From an uncultured delta proteobacterium (GTDB lineage Bacteria > Desulfobacterota > Syntrophobacteria > BM002), in assembly GCA_963712115.1 (NCBI GenBank), contig CAVQGX010000038.1:17350-81349 (forward strand): a DNA stretch of 64,000 nt. The letters run 5' to 3'. Positions 53,101 through 61,350 of this stretch are shown here, piece after piece (position 1 is the first letter of the stretch; each line of letters starts with the position of its first letter). The notes under the pieces are model-generated. The model searched no databases, was not told the origin of the DNA, and worked only from the letters and a program-made list of their open reading frames with translations. The translations under genes were made by a program, and so were the position numbers.

Positions 53101-53294
53101 CAGGGGTGGGCATACCCCCCGATAACCTCAGCAAGATTTTCGACCCTTTCTTCACCAATAAACCAGAGGGGACCGGTCTTGGCTTGGCAATCGCCCGCCA
53201 AATACTTGAAAAAAACCAGGCAGCTATCTACGTCTCCAGCCAGAAGAGGAAGGGGACGGTTTTTCGGATCCTCTTCAAGACCGTCGAGGCATAA
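50190..53294 (+). CDS. Hybrid sensor kinase (REC-PAS-GAF-PAS-PAS-PAS-HisKA-HATPase)
   Basis: ILVVDD...SDIAMP; AHEIRNP; NAMQA; DTGVG; GTGLGL. Confidence 0.93.
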   Translation: MNDAVPEHWIKSDLPMGKILVVDDVQEVRSLCAEIIQSIGLESATAAQPSEAKDLLVKEPFSLVISDIAMPGMDGLQLTRFIKEQYPKTDVILMTAFNMHYSYDDVLAAGALDFIQKPFSNEEFAAKLKRALRERRQIQRIKHSERQFRGLLENIPGVVFTIFADGSVQFVDDKIKGLTGYSAEAFAEEPEIWSSLCGDKTGSLATELFKAASEQGGSLIKEYLIRARDGKSRWLQVRGQAITDEAGIIDHISGILFDITHQKRLEKRTSSLNQLFFSFDADHNANIRKVVLEASNLLAGSCSLYFRSERNGKEPLLILARADGRMNEEESTQIEVGPLLKRIMQSSSEQPEVIENLSQDPDLRGDYLVSNYGLQTCIAKPLLVDGRSCGSFCVAFTEPHKVLPHEMAVFSMLAKALEIEEERRGLQEALVRSEDKYRSLVEGNLYPISIIDSQGVIRYCNKVMAAMFRYPQPSSLLGREFSELLHPGDRQVLEDLIKNLDNQTPVQPEQTLEFRGLASDDTTMDIRVTMGLIFYDGRPALQAILEDVTQRKQTEQALKDSEERYRTLVEGANDAVFLETFDGHIVDINTKACQLLGHTRDELLHLTMADLVYQEDSHPEEEEKEEGEAGQHREETMLRKNGSRVPVEVNTSILRLKGEKYLMSVVRDITQRKEKELRQKHLEQAIIESKKRLMAVFDGIMSPLTITDLDHNIIMVNKATASLFNDKIPRLLGRKCYEAFRKENEPCPNCPVTETIRTGKPSHRLSTNPIVNRTLEEYTFPIFDASGNLSLIINYGIDVTDKIKMERQLVQADKMASLGTLAAGIAHEIRNPMATINLNTQILLRDLELDEEHQVYMLDIQKEVKKIERIISEILEFSKPRPAHLIESNINEVVLSVHELTRVQLRKDDLRVHFNLDESLPAVLIDPAQVSQVVINLVINAMQAMPEGGDLTITTQMDPITRRVELLVDDTGVGIPPDNLSKIFDPFFTNKPEGTGLGLAIARQILEKNQAAIYVSSQKRKGTVFRILFKTVEA

Positions 53295-53403
53295 TCTGGA
53301 GTAGGTGTGGATTGGTTTTGTAAAAAATTACTCGCGTTGAAGTGGAAAAACGTGTATAACACCAACGAATTTGTTGTGTAACCATAATGCTTTGGTGAAA
53401 TCT

Positions 53404-54810
53404 ATGGATGAATTACGTTACAAGATTTTGATTGTGGATGACGAAGCTTCCTTTCGAAATTCTCTCAAAGGGGCCCTGAAAAAAGAATACGACATTTCAG
53501 AGGCGGGCGACAGTGAGGGGGCCGTTCAGCAGGTGACGGAGAACCCGCCCGACGTGGTTTTGCTAGACATTTCCATGCCCGGGGTGGATGGCCTTGAAAC
53601 CCTGCAGAAGATAAGGGAGATCGACGACTACATCGCGGTGATAATGGTTACCGCCTACGGGGAAATAAGAACCGTTGTCCAGGCCATCAATCAGGGGGCG
53701 GTTGACTACCTGACCAAGCCAATTGATATGGACGAGCTGCAAATTGCCATTAGTAAGGCCCTGGAACGGCTCCGTTACAAGCAAGAAATCGCCGCCCTGC
53801 GCAAAGCCCTTGCCAAGGAATACAACATCGACAACCTGATCGGTAGAAGCCCGGAGTTCTTGGAGGCCCTTTCAATGGCCAAGAGGATTGCCAGGAGCCC
53901 GGATGCCAATGTCTACATCGGTGGAGAGAGCGGGGTAGGCAAAGAACTTTTTGCCCGGGCCATCCATTTCAACAGCCCCAGAGTCGCCAGCCCATTTGTG
54001 GCGGTCAATTGCGCAGCTATAAATAAGGAAGTGGTTGAGAGCGAGTTGTTTGGCTACAAGCGGGGCGCTTTTACCGGTGCTCACACCAAGGGCAAGAAAG
54101 GTTTCTTTGAGGAGGCCCATGGTGGAACTCTACTCCTGGACGAAGTGGCTGATCTTCCTCTGGATGTTCAGGCCAAACTTCTCAGGGTCCTGGAAGAAAA
54201 GGAATTCTATGCAGTGGGCGACTCGCAGCCCAAGAAGGCGGACGTGAGAGTTATCGCCGCAACCAATCAACCGCTGGAAAAACTCATTGAAAACGGGAGA
54301 TTTCGCCAGGACCTCTACTTCCGTCTCGCCACCATCGCCATCAATATCAAGCCCCTGAGGGAACGCCACGAGGATATTCCACTCCTGGTGAACTATTTTC
54401 TTGAAATATTCAACAAGAAATATGGGAAGAAATTTGAGAAAATCTCCCAGGAGGCTGAAGAAATACTGCTGCATCACCCCTGGAAAGGAAATGTCCGTGA
54501 GCTCAAGAACGCCATAGAGCGGGTTACCCTCCTTGAAGACTCCACAGAGATAAAACCTGACCATCTCAACTTCTTAACCCCCGCAACCCCATCCCCTGCC
54601 CAAGCCAAACGGGAACGTGACAAAGGAGGGGTCCAGGAATTCCCTCCGTCTCGGATCCCCTCTGCCGGGATCTGCCTCGATGAGGTTATCAAGGAGATCA
54701 TTAGCACTGCCTACAAACAAACCAACAAAAACCAGGTACAGACGGCCAGGCTTCTGGGAATTACCAGAAACACTCTCCTCTACCGACTCAAGAAATATGG
54801 TATCAAGTAG
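53404..54810 (+). CDS. NtrC-family sigma54-dependent response regulator
   Basis: REC domain, GESGVGKE, GAFTGA, WKGNVRELKN, HTH. Confidence 0.94.
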   Translation: MDELRYKILIVDDEASFRNSLKGALKKEYDISEAGDSEGAVQQVTENPPDVVLLDISMPGVDGLETLQKIREIDDYIAVIMVTAYGEIRTVVQAINQGAVDYLTKPIDMDELQIAISKALERLRYKQEIAALRKALAKEYNIDNLIGRSPEFLEALSMAKRIARSPDANVYIGGESGVGKELFARAIHFNSPRVASPFVAVNCAAINKEVVESELFGYKRGAFTGAHTKGKKGFFEEAHGGTLLLDEVADLPLDVQAKLLRVLEEKEFYAVGDSQPKKADVRVIAATNQPLEKLIENGRFRQDLYFRLATIAINIKPLRERHEDIPLLVNYFLEIFNKKYGKKFEKISQEAEEILLHHPWKGNVRELKNAIERVTLLEDSTEIKPDHLNFLTPATPSPAQAKRERDKGGVQEFPPSRIPSAGICLDEVIKEIISTAYKQTNKNQVQTARLLGITRNTLLYRLKKYGIK

Positions 54811-54811
54811 C

Positions 54812-55078
54812 CAGTTGGCCGGTTATGCCGGTTGAGCCAGTTTAGCCGGTTTTGCCCGTTGGCCATTAGCACAGAAAAGAATTCCACATTCCGCGTTCCG
54901 ACTTCTACCTCTTACAATGAATGACAGCGCAGCGTAGTGACCTAATGACGCCAAAGGCAAGTGACTCGAAGCGCGAGTTGCCAACTGCCTCCTGCCAGCT
55001 GAATTGGCCTCCAACCTCAAGGCCTGAGCCTGTCGAAGGGCCGCTCCTCCAACCGCTATGCCCCATGCTCCATGCCAA
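54812..55078. repeat. Mosaic repeat array in reverse orientation
   Basis: 54869-55062 is a near-exact reverse complement of 48968-49161. Confidence 0.88.
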
Positions 55079-55349
55079 TAAACCCCCTTTCCGCGTCGTT
55101 ATCTAGTGCTTAGGGAATGTGGCGTAAATCGCCGTCTAGTGGGCGTTTGGCGATTTCGCCAATGATTGATTTGGCTCACTATCCAACACCTTTATTTTTT
55201 TTGTTTCGCCACCGGAACTTATGCGAATCTGGCAGTCATTTGGTGCTGCATATTTTAGAGGAGACCACACCAAAGAGGTCACCTACCCTCTATTCAATAA
55301 AATAAGTGATTTCCAAAACATAATTGAATTATTTTAGGTCCTCGTTAAT

Positions 55350-55365
55350 TGGCACGGGTTGTGCT
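55350..55365 (+). promoter_or_regulatory. sigma54 promoter of the cyclase gene
   Basis: TGGCACGGGTTGTGCT. Confidence 0.7.
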
Positions 55366-55439
55366 TTTAGATACCCTGAGCGCGTTCAAAGGATGTTCTA
55401 ATTCACACTCGGTAATTACATAGGAGCTGGAGGATCACC

Positions 55440-56549
55440 TTGATGAGGGTGTTATTGGTTGAAGATGAGCAATCTATGCTTTTTACTCTGAGCAACCTCC
55501 TCAAGCATCGTGGCTACGAGGTTATAGCCGCTCATTCTGCCGAAAAAGGCCTGGAAGCACTCGGAGATGACCAGGTGGATCTGGTAATTTCGGACCTGAG
55601 GCTACCTGGCATGGATGGGATCACTCTCATCGCCGAAGTGAGGAAACGTTGCGAGGATGTCGTCCCCATAATCATCTCAGCCTACGGCACCTTGGGAAAT
55701 GCCATCGACGCACTAAAGTTGAGCGTCTGTGACTTTCTCAGAAAGCCATTTGACCTTAGTACCTTTGAGGAGACTCTCTCCAGAGCCGAGCAGCGCCGCC
55801 ATCAGCTTCTTGCCTATAAGAAATACGTCAATGACCTTAAAGACAACCTCATGGGTGAAGAACGCAGGCGCACGATGCTGTCAAGGTTCGTCTCTAAACA
55901 CGTGGTGGAACGAATCATGTCCAGCGGTGAACTGCCGGCACGAGCGGCGCAAACGCAAAAAGTCTCCGTTCTTTTTGCCGATATTAGCGACTTTACCGGG
56001 CTTTCGGAAAAACTTGACCAGAAGAGCCTGGTTTTTATTGTCAACACTTTCTACGCTGCCCTGGAAAGCGTAATGAACCGGCACGGGGGAATCCTCGACA
56101 AATTCATGGGCGATGGGATTATGATGATTTTTGGATGCTCTGACAACTCTAATGAATCCGCCTGCAATGCATTGGGCGCCGCCGTCGAGATCCAGGGGAA
56201 AATGGATAAAATTCGCCGCGAACTACGCCGCTTCGAGCTCCCTGAGATAAGCATCCATATAGGAGTGTGTACCGGCACGGCCACGGCCTGCAGCATAGGT
56301 ACAGATGAACGGATGGCCTATACCTACATCGGAGATGCAGTAAATTTGGCCAAACGGTTACAGGATCTGGCAGGACCCGGGGAGATTCTGGTCAACGAGA
56401 CTACAGTAAAAGAACTGGAAGATTCTACAGACTCGATTACGGGGTTGTTCGGGCTCCATCCCCTCCCGCCCTTGTCAATAAAAGGTAGGCAAAATGACGT
56501 GATAGTTTATCGTGCCGAATTCGAGGCCGCCGGTTCAAATGGCAAATAA
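55440..56549 (+). CDS. Receiver domain - class III adenylate cyclase
   Basis: REC; VLFADISDFT, DKFMGDG, YTYIGDAVNLAKRLQ (Lys/Thr pattern suggests ATP). Confidence 0.9.
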   Translation: MMRVLLVEDEQSMLFTLSNLLKHRGYEVIAAHSAEKGLEALGDDQVDLVISDLRLPGMDGITLIAEVRKRCEDVVPIIISAYGTLGNAIDALKLSVCDFLRKPFDLSTFEETLSRAEQRRHQLLAYKKYVNDLKDNLMGEERRRTMLSRFVSKHVVERIMSSGELPARAAQTQKVSVLFADISDFTGLSEKLDQKSLVFIVNTFYAALESVMNRHGGILDKFMGDGIMMIFGCSDNSNESACNALGAAVEIQGKMDKIRRELRRFELPEISIHIGVCTGTATACSIGTDERMAYTYIGDAVNLAKRLQDLAGPGEILVNETTVKELEDSTDSITGLFGLHPLPPLSIKGRQNDVIVYRAEFEAAGSNGK

Positions 56550-56591
56550 TCCACCTTGGCGAAATCTCTTTAGTCCCCTAGGCAAATACAA

Positions 56592-56762
56592 AACAAAATC
56601 CCAAATTCTAATTTCTAAATCCGAAACAAATTCAAAATTCGAATTTCTTAATGTCAAAAACTAGCACTGGCGAGCTCAAGAGCCGATGTGATTGGGTTTT
56701 GGTCATTTGGACTTTGGTAATTCGGATTTGTTTCGTGCTTTGTGCTTCGGATTTAGGATTTA
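56592..56762. repeat. AT-rich heptamer array with inverted arms
   Basis: AAATCCC/AAATTC arm and GGATTTG/GATTT arm. Confidence 0.75.
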
Positions 56763-56828
56763 ATGGGATACCGACCTCGACTTTCGCTATGCAGAATGAC
56801 CCGGCAGCCTTAAAAGCTCAATGGTTTG

Positions 56829-57317
56829 CTAAACCTCAAAATCCACCTGGATTTTGAAGAGACGCTCTGCAGGGAGACTTATAACCTCTTCCACCCCGGT
56901 GAGTTCAGATATCTCGCTCAAAATTCGCTTGATTTCGCCCTTGGAAGGAGCAATTAGGGTGAACCAAATGTTATAGTCGTGTTTACGGCGGTAGTTGTGG
57001 GTTACTCCGGTATAGCTGTTCACCGCCTCGACAAATCGCTCCATCAGGTGAGAGGGGACCTTTGCTGCACAAAGGGTGGAGGTGTATCCTAACTTTCTAG
57101 AGTCGCAGTTGGCGCCGATTCTCCTGATGACCTCTTTATCCTTCATCTCCTGCACCCGCCGCAGGACCTCTTCCTCTGAACACTTCAGTTTTTCTGCCAA
57201 CACCTGGTAGGGTCTTGGCTCAATGGGAAGATTAGATTGGATTTCATTGAGGATCATGCGATCCATATCATCCAAGAGCGCGTTGGCTTTGTTTTCATTA
57301 TTCAGGTTATTCTGCAT
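56829..57317 (-). CDS. ahbA: Siroheme decarboxylase alpha subunit (Lrp/AsnC-like)
   Basis: PRPYQVLAEKL, IRRIGA, STLCAAKV, GVTHNYRR, NIWFT; heme operon context. Confidence 0.85.
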   Translation of the reverse strand: MQNNLNNENKANALLDDMDRMILNEIQSNLPIEPRPYQVLAEKLKCSEEEVLRRVQEMKDKEVIRRIGANCDSRKLGYTSTLCAAKVPSHLMERFVEAVNSYTGVTHNYRRKHDYNIWFTLIAPSKGEIKRILSEISELTGVEEVISLPAERLFKIQVDFEV

Positions 57318-57344
57318 CCATTTCCCCTCTTCATCTCAACCCTT

Positions 57345-57492
57345 TAAATCCCAATATCCAATATCTAAATCCCAAACAAATCCAAAATCCCAATTACCGA
57401 AACCTATCTCTTTCTAGTCATTTTTTGTTTTGAACATTAGAGAATTTGAATTTGGAATTTGTTTCGGATTTGGGCATTGGGATTTGGAATTT
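57345..57492. repeat. AT-rich heptamer array with inverted arms
   Basis: AAATCCC/AATATCC arm and GAATTTG/GGATTTG arm. Confidence 0.75.
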
Positions 57493-57505
57493 GCAGCGTG
57501 CAGAG

Positions 57506-58606
57506 CTATCTGCACGCTGCGCGGGGTACATAGGTACAAAGAGGTTCCTCCGCCAGGTAGTCCCCGGTGGACTCAAATGCCCGAGCCCGGCAGCCGCCGC
57601 AAACCCGCCGGTATTCACAGACCCCACATTTGCCTTTGTATTCTTCGAAGTTGCGGAGATGTTTCAGTACCTCTGAGTTGCGCCAGATCTCCTCCAGCGG
57701 CAACTGTCGGACATTACCGCAGTCTACCTCCAGATAGCCGCAAGGCTGGACCTGTCCCACGTGTGAAATAAAGAGGAAGGCGGTTCCCCCCAGACAACCG
57801 CGGCTAACTGCATCCATGCCGTGAGTCTTTACTGTGACCTTCTTGCCTTCCTCTTTGGCCCGCTCCCTCATGATACGGTAGTAGTGGGGCGCACAGGTGG
57901 CTTTAAGCTGGAGAGGTACTTTCTCACGCTGGTCGTAAAACCAGTGGAGGGTCTCCTCATAGTCAGCTGCCGCTATTTCCTGGTCTTTAAAATCCTTTCC
58001 CCGTCCGGTGGGCACCAAAAGAAATATGTGGTGCGCTGCTGCGCCGAGCTTAACCACTAGCTTTTGTATGTCTGGCAGCTCATGCAGGTTTTCCCTGGTT
58101 ATGGTGGTGTTGATCTGGAATTCAATGGAGGCTTTTTTCAGTAAATCAATGCCGCGCAGCGACCCTGAAAACGCCCCCTTGACTTGGCGAAACTGATCAT
58201 GGCTCTTGGCAGTGGCCCCGTCCAGGCTGATGCTCACTCTTTGGATGGATGCCTCCTTCATCCGCTGGCAACTCTCTGCATCGATGAGGAGTCCGTTGGT
58301 GGCCATCACCATACGGAGCCCTTTACTGCTGCCATAGGAGGCGATCTCAAAAATATCGGGTCGCAATAGGGGCTCACCTCCGGTGAGAATGATAATGGGG
58401 CTGGCAAAAGTTACCACATCATCAAGAAGTCTGAAACACTCCTCGGTGGTGAACTCGTTGGGATAAGGCTTATCAACAGATGCTGCCCGACAATGTATGC
58501 AGCTGAGGTTACAACTCCGGGTTACCTCCCAGGCAATCAGCCTGGGAAGTTGGCCCTCCCCTTCTTTTTCCCCATGTCTTGTTTGATTATGTGGATGACC
58601 ATTCAT
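57506..58606 (-). CDS. ahbD: Heme b synthase, radical SAM
   Basis: LIAWEVTRSCNLSCIHCRA, FLLVPTGRG, TCAPHYYR, SPASM cysteines. Confidence 0.9.
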   Translation of the reverse strand: MNGHPHNQTRHGEKEGEGQLPRLIAWEVTRSCNLSCIHCRAASVDKPYPNEFTTEECFRLLDDVVTFASPIIILTGGEPLLRPDIFEIASYGSSKGLRMVMATNGLLIDAESCQRMKEASIQRVSISLDGATAKSHDQFRQVKGAFSGSLRGIDLLKKASIEFQINTTITRENLHELPDIQKLVVKLGAAAHHIFLLVPTGRGKDFKDQEIAAADYEETLHWFYDQREKVPLQLKATCAPHYYRIMRERAKEEGKKVTVKTHGMDAVSRGCLGGTAFLFISHVGQVQPCGYLEVDCGNVRQLPLEEIWRNSEVLKHLRNFEEYKGKCGVCEYRRVCGGCRARAFESTGDYLAEEPLCTYVPRAACR

Positions 58607-58619
58607 TTTTCTTTCCTAT

Positions 58620-58905
58620 ATCTCTCACAGAGCACTCAGAGAGCTCTAATACACAAATTGAATAGGAGCCGTATAAGTCAGGATCGCTTAAGACATTCGT
58701 GGAGCGCTTGCTGGCGCGAATAAGCCCACTTGTTCTCGCCAGCAAGTGCTCCACTTTGGTCCCGATAGATCGGGACCTCCCGCGCTAGCGGGAGTTTTTA
58801 AGCGATCCAAGTTTATCTACTCTCATTTCTTTCTCTGAGACCTCTGAGGGCTCGAGAGACCGCAGGGATTGACTTCAGTCAATCCCAAGGGAGCGGGCGA
58901 GAGAC
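58620..58905. repeat. Nested palindrome cluster
   Basis: GGATCGCTTAA...TTAAGCGATCC enclosing three hairpins; GGGATTGACT-TC-AGTCAATCCC. Confidence 0.7.
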
Positions 58906-58912
58906 CCCAGAG

Positions 58913-59890
58913 TCAGTTCCTCTCAAGTTCCTTTGCTGCGTCTTTGGCAAAATAGGTAATAATTATATCCGCCCCCGCCCGTTTAATCGAGGTCAGCACT
59001 TCCATCATTACCCGATTCCCATCCAGCCAGCCCTTTTCTGCTGCTGCCTTTATCATGGAGTACTCGCCGCTGACGTTATAGGCCGCCAGAGGGAGATCGA
59101 ACTCCCTTCTGGCCCACCGAATCACATCCAGATAAGCTAGGGCCGGCTTGACCATGATAATGTCAGCGCCCTCCTCGACGTCCAGACTGATTTCCCGGAT
59201 GGCTTCTCTACTGTTGGCTGGATCCATCTGATAGGAGCGTCGGTCCCCAAATTGCGGCGCAGAGTGGGCGGCATCACGAAATGGACCGTAAAAGCTCGAA
59301 CCATATTTTGCCGCGTAAGACATAATGGGAATGTGGGAAAACCCATTTTCATCCAATTTCTCTCTTATTGCCCCTACTCGACCGTCCATCATATCCGACG
59401 GGGCCACCAGGTCCGCTCCGGCCTCAGCGTGGGATAGGGCCGTGCGCGCCAGAAGGTCCAGAGTGGCGTCATTGTCCACATCCCCTTCCTTGATCACTCC
59501 ACAGTGTCCATGACTGGTGTATTCGCACATGCAGACGTCGGTGACCAGCAGAAGATCGCTCACATTTTTCTTCAACTCCCGCAGAGCCCGCTGGACAATC
59601 CCGTCCTTTCCATATGCCCCTGAACCCACCTCATCTTTTTTTTCTGGAATCCCAAAAAGCAGGATAGCTGGGATTCCCAAATCCTTGACCTCCCCAGCCT
59701 CCTGCACCAGCTGATCAACAGATAGGTGGAAGACTCCGGGCATGGAACCTACAGGGTCGCGCACACCGCTGCCGGGGACAACGAACAAAGGATAGATAAA
59801 ATCATTTACTGACAGACTGGTCTCACGAACCATTCGCCGCAGTGTTTCGTTACGTCGCAACCTTCGCGGCCTGTTCTCGGGGAAAAACAT
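58913..59890 (-). CDS. hemB: Porphobilinogen synthase
   Basis: [37 protein letters not shown]; GGAGGAG RBS before MFFP. Confidence 0.97.
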   Translation of the reverse strand: MFFPENRPRRLRRNETLRRMVRETSLSVNDFIYPLFVVPGSGVRDPVGSMPGVFHLSVDQLVQEAGEVKDLGIPAILLFGIPEKKDEVGSGAYGKDGIVQRALRELKKNVSDLLLVTDVCMCEYTSHGHCGVIKEGDVDNDATLDLLARTALSHAEAGADLVAPSDMMDGRVGAIREKLDENGFSHIPIMSYAAKYGSSFYGPFRDAAHSAPQFGDRRSYQMDPANSREAIREISLDVEEGADIIMVKPALAYLDVIRWARREFDLPLAAYNVSGEYSMIKAAAEKGWLDGNRVMMEVLTSIKRAGADIIITYFAKDAAKELERN

Positions 59891-60090
59891 GGATGCTCCT
59901 CCAAAATGCCTAAAATGTACTAAAATGCCTAAAGTGCCTGAAATGTTCACACAAAATACGGTTCATGGGCACTAATCGGTTGCCAATAGTGATCCTAAGA
60001 AAAACTAAATAAAGAAAATGGGGAAGTGATTAGCTGAGGGGTTAATTTAAGAAAGCCTTAAGCCCTGCGCCTTGTGCCTCTCCTCAATCC

Positions 60091-61278
60091 CTAGATCGTT
60101 TGAGCTATCTCTTCGTCTGTGAGGTAACAAGCCGGATCCGGGGCCCACAGATCGCCTTTAGCGGCCTCGGCACGAACACGAAAATTGCCCGCACATACAT
60201 CCAACCAGTGACAAGAGGCGCAACGTCCTGTCACATATTCCTTTTTGTTTTTGAGTCGAGCCATGAGTGGGTCGGACATATCGGTCCAAATCTCGCTAAA
60301 CGGGCGTTGACGCACGTTCCCAAAAGAGTGGTGCCGCCAGAACTGGTCTGCGTGTACCTGGCCATCCCAGCTCACACAACCAATACCTCGTCCAGAGCTG
60401 TTTCCCTCATTCATCTTCAACAGCTCGAGCACCTCTTGGGCTCGCTCAGAACCCTCTTTGAGGAGGCGCAAATATACATAAGGCCCATCAGCGTGGTTGT
60501 CTACTGTTAATACCTCTTTCGGCATGCCGCGTTCGTGCAAGTCCCGGGTGCGATCGACAATCAGGTCCACCACCTCACGGGTCTCTTCGAGGCTGAGATC
60601 CTCTTCCATCAAATCGCTTCCCCGTCCCGCGTAAACCAGGTGATAAAAGCACACCCTGGGAATATTACGTTCTTCCAGCAAATCAAAAATGGCGGGAATC
60701 TCGGCGGCATTCATCCGGTTTATGGTGAAACGCAAACCCACTTTGATACCCGCTTGTTGGCAGTGTTCAATCCCGGCCATGGCGCGGTCGAAAGAACCTC
60801 TAACTCCACGAAATCTATCATTAACCGCTCTCATTCCGTCCAGACTGATGCCCACATATGACAACCCGACGTCTTTCAAGGTCTGGGCAACGGACCGGGT
60901 AATCAAAGTGCCGTTTGTTGAAATCACCGCCCGCATGCCTAGCTTTACCGCGTAATCGGCCAGTTCTACCAAATCTTGCCGAACCAGAGGTTCGCCACCG
61001 GAAAAGAGCACGACCGGACAACCGAACTGGGCAAGGTCATCCAGCAAAACCTTTCCTTCCTCAGTGCTCAGCTCATCTTTTGCAGCCTCGCCAGTGGCGT
61101 GGGCATAGCAGTGTACGCATTTAAGGTTACAGCGGCGAGTTACATTCCAAACCACAACCGGTTTCTTGTCACTGGAGAACTGGAGTAGATGTGAAGGGAG
61201 CTGTTTTGAATGGCGCCCGTAGCGAAGGGCATCAGAAGGTTCGACTGTGCCGCAATAGAGTTTGGATATACCAATCAT
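60091..61278 (-). CDS. ahbC: Fe-coproporphyrin III synthase, radical SAM
   Basis: MIGISKLYCG, KPVVVWNVTRRCNLKCVHCY, CFYHLVYAGRG, TVDNHADG. Confidence 0.92.
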   Translation of the reverse strand: MIGISKLYCGTVEPSDALRYGRHSKQLPSHLLQFSSDKKPVVVWNVTRRCNLKCVHCYAHATGEAAKDELSTEEGKVLLDDLAQFGCPVVLFSGGEPLVRQDLVELADYAVKLGMRAVISTNGTLITRSVAQTLKDVGLSYVGISLDGMRAVNDRFRGVRGSFDRAMAGIEHCQQAGIKVGLRFTINRMNAAEIPAIFDLLEERNIPRVCFYHLVYAGRGSDLMEEDLSLEETREVVDLIVDRTRDLHERGMPKEVLTVDNHADGPYVYLRLLKEGSERAQEVLELLKMNEGNSSGRGIGCVSWDGQVHADQFWRHHSFGNVRQRPFSEIWTDMSDPLMARLKNKKEYVTGRCASCHWLDVCAGNFRVRAEAAKGDLWAPDPACYLTDEEIAQTI

Positions 61279-61350
61279 TGTCTTTCCTCGTGCATTCAAG
61301 CCAATTTATTGATGAAATGGTGTTGCCAGATTGCAGAGATGGCCCCATTT

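Noticed and set aside
11205-55078. CRISPR array interpretation of the repeats
   Set aside because: No constant repeat with unique, evenly sized spacers and no cas genes
59891-59950. N-terminal extension of HemB in the ORF track
   Set aside because: Runs through an AAAATGCCT-type repeat; a strong RBS supports the 59890 start
56829-61278. Missing ahbB as an anomaly
   Set aside because: ahbB is often encoded apart from this cluster in sulfate reducers; cannot judge from one window
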